NCBI GenBank assembly: GCA_965223705.1
Contig: OZ245015.1
Coordinates: 1,824,001 to 1,888,000 of the forward strand
DNA: 64,000 nucleotides
From: Myxococcota bacterium
GTDB lineage: Bacteria > Myxococcota_A > UBA9160 > UBA6930
Direction of reading: 5' to 3'
Each line of letters opens with the position of its first letter. The stretch's first letter is position 1. The notes below the pieces were generated by a model. That model was given only the letters and a program-made list of their open reading frames with translations. It had not been told where the DNA came from and ran no database searches. Of this stretch, positions 9,115 through 17,617 are shown piece by piece. The translations under genes and the position numbers were made by a program.

Positions 9115-9130
9115 CGGCAGCGAAGTTGCT
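9115..9130 (+). promoter_or_regulatory. sigma54-like promoter
   Basis: CGGCAGCGAAGTTGCT (GG-N10-GC) just upstream of the protease gene. Confidence 0.45.
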
Positions 9131-9144
9131 GCGAGGAGCCGAGA

Positions 9145-9882
9145 ATGACCGCACATCCAATCGTCGAATCTCTTCTAATCGCGACCGTCCGTATCGACAC
9201 CTTTCAAGGCGAGACGGCGCTCACGAACGGCACAGGCTTCTTCTTCGAGCGCGACGGGCGATTGTTCCTCGTGACGAGCCGGCACGTCCTCATCGACGAA
9301 CCGAGTGATCATCGACCCGACGCTGTAAGAATCGAGATTCACAACAACGCGGAGAACGTCGTTGAAACGAAGAGTTTTTCGATCCCTTTGTACCGGGACG
9401 GCACGAGCCTGTGGCGCCAAACCGGAGATTCTTCCGGAATGATTGACGTCGTTGCCCTCGAGGTGGATCGCGGCGCGCTTCCAAAGCCGGTGGTCTACGA
9501 CGTATTCACGCCCGAGCATCTCTTGGCCGACCTCGAGCAGGTCGAAGTCGGCGCGTCAGTACTGGTCGTTGGATTCCCGCTCGGCTTTCGTGACACCCTT
9601 CACCGGATGCCCGTTGCACGCCACGCGATCGTCGCATCCTCATTCGGGCTGCGATTTCAGGGCAACGGCTACTTTCTCACAGATGGGCGTACCCATCGCG
9701 GTATCAGCGGAGCACCCGTGGTGATGCGCGCCGAGGCTGATCTGGGAACTCTTCCTTGGGTCCTTTTGGGCATTCACTCCGCGCGCATCGACCTCGGCAT
9801 CCGGGACGCGGAACTCGATGAGCCGCTCGGACTCAATTGCGCTTGGTACGCAGATGTACTGCTGACGCTCACCGATGGTTGA
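9145..9882 (+). CDS. trypsin-like serine peptidase
   Basis: GTGFF, LVTSRHV (His), IDVVAL (Asp), VGFP, GISGAPV (Ser). Confidence 0.88.
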   Translation: MTAHPIVESLLIATVRIDTFQGETALTNGTGFFFERDGRLFLVTSRHVLIDEPSDHRPDAVRIEIHNNAENVVETKSFSIPLYRDGTSLWRQTGDSSGMIDVVALEVDRGALPKPVVYDVFTPEHLLADLEQVEVGASVLVVGFPLGFRDTLHRMPVARHAIVASSFGLRFQGNGYFLTDGRTHRGISGAPVVMRAEADLGTLPWVLLGIHSARIDLGIRDAELDEPLGLNCAWYADVLLTLTDG

Positions 9883-9907
9883 AGCGCGGGTAGCCGCGGA
9901 CCCGTTT

Positions 9908-11641
9908 CTAGTTGCAAGATGGATGGTCTCGTAGATCGTGGAGGGTCGTCCCGAGCGTGAGTGGTAGCCGGATTTGTCGCTCTGCTCGGGCCGGAACAAA
10001 AGGAACCAGTTGCCCCTCGGCGTCGACCGTGATCGTCGCGCCCTCGTCGTCTGCCCAGGTAGGGCTTGTCACATCCCAGGTCCCGATGTCGGTGTTCGTG
10101 ACCACTAGGAAGTCTTTGCCGAGCGTGGTGTCCTCGAACGAACCGACGTAGACGTTGCGGTCGTTCCGCAGGTGTTCCGGATCAACGATGAAATCAGCGG
10201 CTCGATCGGTGAGCAACAGCTCCCAGATCAGGGACCTATAAGAATTGATGTTGTTCCAGGTCTGCGCGAGTTCAGATAGGTAACCCCTTCGCCAGGCTTT
10301 GACAGCTTCCCCGTCCCAGTAGAACAACGTCGGCCGGGCGCAGCTATTGCCGGTTCCGCCTCCGGTGCACTTGCCTGTCCTCCAAGCCGTAGCGAGCTCG
10401 GTTGGGCCGTGATTTAGGACCGGTCCAGGCGACCAGAACATCAGTCCCTTGAAGCCCGCGGTGATCGCCAGCCAACTCTGGGCTCTCCACGAGTTCGTGG
10501 GCGCTTGGTGCTTGCTCCATTCAGCGCACCATTCGTCACCGTCTCGGGTGTGCCATGTGTAGGTGGGCGCCTTGGGAAGTGCCCCTTTTCTCGCGGCAAG
10601 GCACGCATCCCAGCTCTTGTTCGGCTTGTCGGGATCTGTGGAGGGCTCCGGGAAATCCAGGATTCCGGCCGCTGCTTCGACGCGAACTGCGTGGAGTGGA
10701 CCCCCGTCGGCAAGAACCTTCGTTGCGGCACGGGCGTAGACCTGATAGCGGTCGTAGCTTGCGCACATCCCATAATAGGGGGTGAACAGCTTCATTTTCA
10801 GGTCGCCCCCGGTTTCTCCGTCGCGACAGCGGAGGTTGGTATGACCGGGGCGGGTCGCCCAAAGCTGGTCGTTGAAGCCCAGGAAGTCGGGGAGCGGCGG
10901 GAGCTTCCTCTCGAGATCCGGCTCCTGGAGCGCGACGCTGTCGATCTGGAAAAGCCGAGCCTCCGGATCGATGGGCTCGTTCGTTTCGTCTCCGAGCGTC
11001 CACGCTCGCTTGTACTTCGAGAACTCCGCCTCGAAGCGCGCTTGGAGCTCTTCGGTAAGCTGCCAATATTGCTCGCCTGCCACCGTGTTGATCGCTGGCG
11101 ACAGGGAGCGCGCAACTGTTATGAGACGGGGTGTGTAACTTGGGTCGGCGGTCTCGCGCTTTGCATTCCAATAGTGCCATGGGTTCCAAAAGAGTCGCTT
11201 GGGCTGAAGGATGACCCGGTACCTCGGATCGATCGCGAGCGCTCCGTCGATGAATCGCTGAGCCTCCGACACGCCGTCACGATCGGGCTCAACGGCGATG
11301 TCCTGCGCCATCACGGTGGTGGCTCCGAAGTCCCTGTAGGCTCGAAGCATGGCCTTAGCTGCCACCTCTCGATCGAAGTCGGGCCGGTCCTTGGGCCAAC
11401 CGGTAATAAACCCAAACCAGAGGCTGTCATTGGGAATTTTTGGACCCGCGGGTGCGCCCAGGTCTTTGTAGACCTCGCGAACCTCACAAAGGGAAGCGGG
11501 GCCGCCCACAACGAGAATCGTCCCTTCACCCGGTCCGAGCTCCAGGCATCCGTCGGAAATCTCGCAGTCTGAGGTGCAAGAAAGAGAGCGTGCCAGACAG
11601 AAAGCCAAGATCAAGAGCGAAAGCATTCGATAGGTGTTCAT
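9908..11641 (-). CDS. secreted hypothetical protein, possibly glycoside-hydrolase-like
   Basis: 577-aa ORF with signal peptide; WTLGDE..EP and W.AI.AG.KG.MFW segments resemble clan-A GH barrels (weak). Confidence 0.6.
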   Translation of the reverse strand: MNTYRMLSLLILAFCLARSLSCTSDCEISDGCLELGPGEGTILVVGGPASLCEVREVYKDLGAPAGPKIPNDSLWFGFITGWPKDRPDFDREVAAKAMLRAYRDFGATTVMAQDIAVEPDRDGVSEAQRFIDGALAIDPRYRVILQPKRLFWNPWHYWNAKRETADPSYTPRLITVARSLSPAINTVAGEQYWQLTEELQARFEAEFSKYKRAWTLGDETNEPIDPEARLFQIDSVALQEPDLERKLPPLPDFLGFNDQLWATRPGHTNLRCRDGETGGDLKMKLFTPYYGMCASYDRYQVYARAATKVLADGGPLHAVRVEAAAGILDFPEPSTDPDKPNKSWDACLAARKGALPKAPTYTWHTRDGDEWCAEWSKHQAPTNSWRAQSWLAITAGFKGLMFWSPGPVLNHGPTELATAWRTGKCTGGGTGNSCARPTLFYWDGEAVKAWRRGYLSELAQTWNNINSYRSLIWELLLTDRAADFIVDPEHLRNDRNVYVGSFEDTTLGKDFLVVTNTDIGTWDVTSPTWADDEGATITVDAEGQLVPFVPARAERQIRLPLTLGTTLHDLRDHPSCN

Positions 11642-11946
11642 GGCTCACACCGATTTTGGCACCCAGCGCGTCGGCACAGTGGACGAATCTACTAGGGCGT
11701 CATTCCGTATCAAGCGCCGCGACGTTAGCTCCGTCCAAAAACCCGCGGCTTGATCGTCCGCACGCTGGCACCAACTTGGTGCGAACGGGGCACCGATGGC
11801 GAATCACCGACGTGCCGGAAGCGTCGGGTCGGCCGGTCCGGGCAAGCGGCGCGTGCGCTGGGCCCGAGGAGCGGGCGGCAGCAGGGTCGCCCGCGGCACG
11901 CGACAGGATGCTGCGTCCTTCCCGCGGACCCGAATCCTTCGGCCGC

Positions 11947-12447
11947 TTACCTCAACTCTCCAAGGTCGCGAACCCGCAGTCCGGCGCGACGATAGCGCCG
12001 CCATGGATCGCATAGTTCATGATGGTCTCCGAGACTCGCATGTTCGGCGTGAGTCACAACGCACGCGATGGCCAAACGATCTAGCAGCGCCCGTACATCA
12101 CGAGGCGAACTTGACTCGAGTGAAAGCAGTTGATCAAGAATCGCCCGTCGTGGGACCACGTGTTCATGGGCGAGACCATCGGGATCATCTTTCGCGGTGA
12201 CAATTCGTCCGCGTCGTTCGTAGGCCTTGAGGGCACCTTCGCTCCAGAAGCGTGCGCCACGATACTTGCCGGCAGCCTCGGTGAACTTCCACACGAGCTC
12301 GTCCAGGGCCGCGCGAATCACAAACTCGGCCTCCGGAGTCTCACAGGGGAGCAGAATGAGCGCCGAGATCACCTCGCAGACCGCTACCCGAACTGACTCA
12401 GTGTCCCGTCTTGCCAACGGTCCCCCAAAGAGCTCAGACCAACTCAC
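11947..12447 (-). CDS. hypothetical protein with an HNH-like HEHVVP motif
   Basis: 166 aa; LAHEHVVP...CVVT..EH..L...W.RY..AGL. Confidence 0.6.
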   Translation of the reverse strand: MSWSELFGGPLARRDTESVRVAVCEVISALILLPCETPEAEFVIRAALDELVWKFTEAAGKYRGARFWSEGALKAYERRGRIVTAKDDPDGLAHEHVVPRRAILDQLLSLESSSPRDVRALLDRLAIACVVTHAEHASLGDHHELCDPWRRYRRAGLRVRDLGELR

Positions 12448-12747
12448 ACCCCTAGGCGACGGTGCGCAACGTTGGCACCCCGATCATTACCCCCATTTTC
12501 CACACACCACTCGCACAACTAGCCGGAGACATTGCGATCCGCCGGGGCACCTTCCAAGCTCGGTCCTGAATCCCACTGTGATCATCCCGAAGCTCGCGTA
12601 GGTCGCCGCAATCTCGGCCAGGGTAGGGCTGAACGCGTCGTTCCGGTTGGCCAGTCGATGATCTCAGAGAAGTCGATCACGGTCCTAGGTCGCCACCGAC
12701 TAGCGAGACATCGCGGCTCCGCTTGCCTCCGCAACAAAAGTTGCGGG

Positions 12748-13263
12748 TCACGCGCGAGGGTGAAATCCGACCTCAGGGGACCAGTCATACGCAACGAACC
12801 GCCCTGGATCCGTTCGCTCAATCCTCTCAACGAGATCTTCGGGCAGTTGGCTTCGTCCGCCGGCGTCCCACCATTCCCGAACCCCTGGCCAGAAGTGAAT
12901 GAAACCCGCGACGTTCTCGATCTCAGACCGGAAGACCTCGTCAGAGATCGTCCCACGTTGGTGAAGATCTTGGACCACTTTCGCAGCTTGAATCGCTGTA
13001 TGGCACCAGAGCCCGAACTGCACCCAGTTCTCTTGGGTGAGCGCCCTCGAATCCTTGAGCCCGGCGCCAATGGCAGCCGACAAGTCCTTGCTTTGGGCGG
13101 GGAGACTTTGAACAGCGGAACGTGCCGCTTGCCAAGACTGCACGGCCGTTGCTTCCTGTGCGGCTGTGCCTTGTCTCACCTGCAGCGCCAGGTAAACCAG
13201 TGTTACGAGGACGGCCAGGGCGCCGACTACCTCCCCGATTGCTCCGACGGCTTCCCAGTTCAT
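12748..13263 (-). CDS. hypothetical protein with N-terminal TM anchor (paralog family, copy 1)
   Basis: MNWEAVGAIGEVVGALAVLVTLVYLALQVRQ...PGVREWW; AAGGGTG RBS. Confidence 0.8.
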   Translation of the reverse strand: MNWEAVGAIGEVVGALAVLVTLVYLALQVRQGTAAQEATAVQSWQAARSAVQSLPAQSKDLSAAIGAGLKDSRALTQENWVQFGLWCHTAIQAAKVVQDLHQRGTISDEVFRSEIENVAGFIHFWPGVREWWDAGGRSQLPEDLVERIERTDPGRFVAYDWSPEVGFHPRA

Positions 13264-13267
13264 CCTG

Positions 13268-13891
13268 TCACCCTTCCGACAATCCAGCGGCTCTTCGCCA
13301 CTCGCGATACCACACGACATGGCCGACGATCGTCGCCAGGCCACCGGTTACGATCACGAGAGCAGCGGTGCCCAACCCGATTCGACCTGCGTGCAACAGC
13401 CCGGCAAAGGGCAGCATGGCCGCGCCAGCAACTAGATGAATGAGACCGCTAGCTCTATGCGAGTCGACACCTCCCGGGATCTCGTCGTCCTCTGCGTAAA
13501 GCCGCCCGAAATCACGGAACGCTACCCAGGCGGTCATGATGAGGATCGGGGAGACGTACATCCACGCCACTGCGTGACCGGCACCTATCGTCGACACGAA
13601 GAAATTGAGCGCGACTGCCGCAATGATGGGGACCAAAGCGTGTCTAGGTGTGAACACCGGACGGACACAGGCAGCGTGCACAGACTGCGTGAACCAAAAC
13701 TCCAGTGGAGCAAACGTCAGCACGAAGAACTGTGCCCAAACGAAGATGTTCTCGGGAGTTGGCGATCCGAGGTCCCGGAAATCACCGAAGGCGCTCACTA
13801 GATTTTCGTACACCAGAGCGACGATCAAGCTGACCATCGTCATGAAGATCGCGGGGTAGTTCTCGCCGAGCCGGGCTTCGATGACGCTCAT
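13268..13891 (-). CDS. hypothetical multi-pass membrane protein
   Basis: 207 aa, about 6 hydrophobic segments; GAGG RBS. Confidence 0.7.
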   Translation of the reverse strand: MSVIEARLGENYPAIFMTMVSLIVALVYENLVSAFGDFRDLGSPTPENIFVWAQFFVLTFAPLEFWFTQSVHAACVRPVFTPRHALVPIIAAVALNFFVSTIGAGHAVAWMYVSPILIMTAWVAFRDFGRLYAEDDEIPGGVDSHRASGLIHLVAGAAMLPFAGLLHAGRIGLGTAALVIVTGGLATIVGHVVWYREWRRAAGLSEG

Positions 13892-13907
13892 GACGGCCGC
13901 CTCATGG

Positions 13908-14042
13908 CTATGCCACCTCCGCGGGGGCCTTCAGCCCGGCCTCAGTGAAAATGAACCGCACCTGCGCCGCCAAATACACCGAGGTCACGAGCGCCGCTCC
14001 GCCTATGAATTCTCCGAGGTGCGCGAGTTGTGTGAGGTTCAT
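13908..14042 (-). pseudogene. truncated copy (44 aa) of the TM-anchored paralog family
   Basis: MNLTQLAHLGEFIGGAALVTSVYLAAQVRFIFTEAGLKAPAEVA*; only the conserved N-terminal segment is present. Confidence 0.65.
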
Positions 14043-14044
14043 GG

Positions 14045-14554
14045 CTAGGCCTCCCCAACGTTCGGGCGGTAGTAGGGAAGGAGATCCGTGACCTTTGGGT
14101 ACTTGGATTTTTCGGACTCAATAAATGAGACAAAAGCAGGATCCAGACCGACTTTGATCGAATCCCACCAGGGGTGAACTCCTTCAACGTTAATCACGAT
14201 CGCATTGAACCCAATTGCAACGTTGAGGATGTCTGGGTCGCTCAAACCACGCTGCTTTAGCATGAATGCGGTCTGGGCAAGCATCATGTGAGTGATGAAC
14301 TGATGGCTGGCTGCCGTTTTATCGTCGTTGTTCAGAGCTTCAAAATCCACCATTGCCCGCCGAATGATCTTGCTGATACCCGGCCTCGCGCCCTCCCTCA
14401 TGACCGCGTTGTACTCGTGGAGGAATGATCGAACCGTTTCGGCACTCGCGAGCTTGTTACTGTGGCGCACTTGGAGCCCAACGAAGAGCAGCGATGCAAC
14501 CACCGCCACGCCCCCGACCAGTTCTCCGATCGCCCCGAGTTCCATGATGTCCAT
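14045..14554 (-). CDS. hypothetical protein with N-terminal TM anchor (paralog family, copy 2)
   Basis: MDIMELGAIGELVGGVAVVASLLFVGLQVRH...GVHPWW...F; GGAGG RBS. Confidence 0.8.
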   Translation of the reverse strand: MDIMELGAIGELVGGVAVVASLLFVGLQVRHSNKLASAETVRSFLHEYNAVMREGARPGISKIIRRAMVDFEALNNDDKTAASHQFITHMMLAQTAFMLKQRGLSDPDILNVAIGFNAIVINVEGVHPWWDSIKVGLDPAFVSFIESEKSKYPKVTDLLPYYRPNVGEA

Positions 14555-14682
14555 GTCGGCCTCCTCCCTTCGGATGAATGGAATTCTCGCATGGCGCGGT
14601 CGCTGGGCTGCAACTTCTCGATCGATGGCATGTCGCGCTGAAGCCCTAGGGGCGCAACGCCAGTTCCTCCCAGGAGCTCCCC

Positions 14683-14950
14683 CTATCTCGAGAAGTTTCG
14701 AGCTCCCGACTGATGGCTTACCGAGCGGGGTAGGCGATCGAGTGTTGGTGAGTCGACGTCGCGCCGCTTGGCGAGGCGCATGAGCTCGTCGAGTGCGGGA
14801 CGCATGTCCTTAACGCCGGAAGTGCTGTGGTCGGTAAACCCGTGAGTGACTGTGAAAGCCGCGAGCGGCCGAGTGCTGGCGGAGAGGTTCAATCTAGACT
14901 TCTGGGACCGATCGGTGGCGGAGACCCTGGCGTAGCGAGAGGCGCGTAAC
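14683..14950 (-). pseudogene. degenerate serine recombinase (resolvase/invertase) fragment
   Basis: RYARVSATDRSQ...FTDHSTSGVKDMRPALDELMRLAKRRDVD...LDRLPRS matches the N-terminal catalytic domain; the rest of the protein is missing. Confidence 0.75.
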
Positions 14951-15021
14951 GCGAAGTCGTGTAGGTGCCAAGTGGTTCGTGGCACACTTCCCCGAGTTCG
15001 ATGCGAAGGAGGATTGCGAAC

Positions 15022-15480
15022 ATGGATCTTAACCAACTAGCAAATGTGGGGGAGTTCATTGGCGGAGTCGCCGTCATCGTGTCGCTGCTGTTCGTCGGAT
15101 TCGAAATTCGTCAGACCAACGCGACTCTGAAGTCCACCACTAGCTATGAAGCGTTGAAGAACTTCAACGGACTGAACGAGGTGTTTATCGCAGATGCGTC
15201 TCTGTCCTCGCTCGTGTATCGACTCGAATGCGGGGAAGAGAATCTCGATGCCGACGAAAAGGCGCGCCTCCACTACTGCCTTCGCACTGCTTTTCAGCAC
15301 ATGGCGGCGCAGCAGTTCCTTCATCGTCGCGGACTCTTAGAAGACTCACTCTGGGAGCGATACATAACATTCGCTAGAGCGATTACGAGCACAGGGTATG
15401 GGGCTGAGTGGTGGGCCGCCGATTCGGTTCGTGCGCCCTATCCGCCGGAGTTCGTTCGCACATTGAACAAGAGAGCATAG
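15022..15480 (+). CDS. hypothetical protein with N-terminal TM anchor (paralog family, copy 3)
   Basis: MDLNQLANVGEFIGGVAVIVSLLFVGFEIRQ...GAEWW...PEF; AGGAGG RBS. Confidence 0.8.
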   Translation: MDLNQLANVGEFIGGVAVIVSLLFVGFEIRQTNATLKSTTSYEALKNFNGLNEVFIADASLSSLVYRLECGEENLDADEKARLHYCLRTAFQHMAAQQFLHRRGLLEDSLWERYITFARAITSTGYGAEWWAADSVRAPYPPEFVRTLNKRA

Positions 15481-15482
15481 TT

Positions 15483-15620
15483 GTGGCCGCGTTAGAGCTC
15501 ATAAGCCTCCGGGAGTTTGTCGGTGGTGTCGCAATGCTGGTCACGTCGGTCTACCTCGCGGTCCAGCTGGCGGGTAGGCATCATGTCGGGCCTAGCCGGA
15601 GGTTCGATGGACGAACTTGA
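15483..15620 (+). pseudogene. truncated copy of the TM-anchored paralog family
   Basis: VAALELISLREFVGGVAMLVTSVYLAVQLAGR..., then diverges and overlaps the next gene. Confidence 0.55.
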
Positions 15621-16548
15621 GGCAGGCCGACTCTACCCATGGGAAGAGCTTGGAGAGCTGTTTGGCTTCGCGCCCAACTACCTCGGGGCGGCCGGCGGCA
15701 TGGTCAGCCGTCCCAACCACAATGCGCTGCTTCTGATTTCTCATCCAGGCGGAGCAAAGTCGTTCGACTACGACGACTACTGGGACGGAGACGATCTCGT
15801 CTACACGGGTCGAGGGAAGACAGGAGACCAGAGACTAGAAGGCCAGAATCGAGATGTGGCTGAAAATGCCAAGCAACTCTTGGTTTTCGAGCCCGCGGGA
15901 AGCAGAAAGCTCTTATACCTAGGGATCTGTGTTTGCCTTGACCACTGGGAGGCAACCGGCACCGATGACAATGGGAACGAGCGAAAAATCCTTCGGTTCC
16001 ATCTTTCGTTCGAAGAGCCCATACCAAAGTCAAGTGAGGCGCTGAATTCCTCAGCTAGGCGACGGGATCCCCCGAGGCGCCGGCCCCGGAAGCTTCGAAG
16101 CTCGCTACCGGCACCCCCGAAGGCCAACACGAAGCATCAGAGTCGCGAGGAGACCCTGGCTCTGCAGGAGAAGGCCAACGAAAAGCACCACATGATGCTC
16201 TTGGCATTGGAGCAATGGCTCCAGGCTAGTGGTTGGACCGAGATCGAAGAAATTCCATCGGCTATCGACCTCTGGGCACGCCATCCAACGAAAGATGGAC
16301 GAGTCATCTTCGAAGCCAAAACGATCCACCTGGACAATGAGGTGAGTCAATCGCGATCTGGGCTCTCTCAGTTGCTTGAGTATCGGTTCTTCTTCGGATC
16401 TCCGGAAGACGAGCTCTGCTTGGTCTGCGATTCGACGCTTTCTGATAGCCGAATTCGGTTCCTGGAGGATTCGGGCGTCGCGGTTCTCAGCTGGAATGGT
16501 CAGTCGATGACGCCGGTCGGCGTCAGGTATCGGTCCATGCTCGCGTAA
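15607..16548 (+). CDS. putative modification-dependent restriction endonuclease (SRA-like domain + PD-(D/E)XK nuclease)
   Basis: N-terminal Y.D.W.GD.L.YTG.G..GDQ.L...N; C-terminal ID...IFEAKT...QLLEY; GGAGG RBS. Confidence 0.7.
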   Translation: MDELEAGRLYPWEELGELFGFAPNYLGAAGGMVSRPNHNALLLISHPGGAKSFDYDDYWDGDDLVYTGRGKTGDQRLEGQNRDVAENAKQLLVFEPAGSRKLLYLGICVCLDHWEATGTDDNGNERKILRFHLSFEEPIPKSSEALNSSARRRDPPRRRPRKLRSSLPAPPKANTKHQSREETLALQEKANEKHHMMLLALEQWLQASGWTEIEEIPSAIDLWARHPTKDGRVIFEAKTIHLDNEVSQSRSGLSQLLEYRFFFGSPEDELCLVCDSTLSDSRIRFLEDSGVAVLSWNGQSMTPVGVRYRSMLA

Positions 16549-16900
16549 GCCCCGTGACCGGACGCGGTCGAAGGCGGGGGAGGGCTAGACGCAAATTGTT
16601 CATGGGCGGCTATCTCCTAGTTGTACACGTCGTTGTCTGATCGAGACGCCCTGCGCACCCGAGGCTCGACGGGAAGGCCGAGAGGGCTGACGAACGAACG
16701 CACGACGTCGGAGGCTGGTGTGCTGCTGGTATCTTCGGCTGACGAAACTTGTGGCGCGAATCTGGCGCGAACTCATGCAAATAGTGCCAAAACGGGCCCG
16801 TAAGGTCCTGAGTTGACGTCGACGCTAAATCGCTGCAACGTATCGGTATTGCAAAGAAAAGGGGCTAGCTGCGCGAACCGCAAAGGGTTCAATAAAGACT

Positions 16901-16977
16901 GGGACGTTAGCTCAGTTGGCTAGAGCGCTGTGTTCACACCGCAGAGGTCACTGGTTCGAATCCAGTACGTCCCACCA
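16901..16977 (+). tRNA. tRNA-Val (CAC)
   Basis: GGGACGT/ACGTCCC acceptor stem, TAGCTCAGTTGG D-arm, CTGTG-TTCACAC-CGCAG anticodon arm, GGTTCGAATCC T-loop, encoded CCA. Confidence 0.97.
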
Positions 16978-17059
16978 CCACGGTCTGCGCGACACCTAGC
17001 TCTCGACCGACAGATTGATCGCATCGGCTCGGGCAGGCCGTGCTTATAATACGGCCCGT

Positions 17060-17617
17060 ATGCCCCCCGAAATCTCCCGACGCGACTTCCTCACAGTGAC
17101 CGCCGGCGCTGTGCTTGGACGCCTTGCCTTCAGCGCTGGGCCCGTTGCACTACTCGCGCCGACGACGACCTGGGCGCTTTCGCCGAAGGTGCTCACCGCG
17201 GAGGAAGCTGCGCAGTTGCTCTCGGTCGTGCGGCGTATCTATCCGCACGAAACCCTCGAAGACGCCGTCTACGCACTCGTTGTCAAAGACCTCGACGCCG
17301 AGGCGGGCGGCAACCCCGAAGTCGCGGCGTTGCTCAAGGAGGGGCTGGCGGAGCTCGACGCCGCCAATGAAGGGGGCTGGCGAGGTGCCGCCCCCGGGCG
17401 CCAACTGGCGCTTCTCAAGGAGCGCGAGACGACGCCCTTCTTTCAAAAGGTGCGGAGTACCGCTGTGGTTTCTCTCTACAACAACGAGCTGGCGTTCGCG
17501 CACTTCGGCTACGAGGGCGCCGCGTTCGAACAGGGCGGCTATCTCATTCGCGGTTTCGACGATCTCGATTGGCTGCCAGCGCCCGACGCCGCCGCAAGCC
17601 CGCCGAGGCCGGCATGA
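17060..17617 (+). CDS. Tat-exported gluconate 2-dehydrogenase subunit 3-like protein
   Basis: SRRDFL twin-arginine motif; YPH, FGYEG...GGY..RGFDDLDWLP; ATGA overlap with the GMC gene. Confidence 0.85.
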   Translation: MPPEISRRDFLTVTAGAVLGRLAFSAGPVALLAPTTTWALSPKVLTAEEAAQLLSVVRRIYPHETLEDAVYALVVKDLDAEAGGNPEVAALLKEGLAELDAANEGGWRGAAPGRQLALLKERETTPFFQKVRSTAVVSLYNNELAFAHFGYEGAAFEQGGYLIRGFDDLDWLPAPDAAASPPRPA

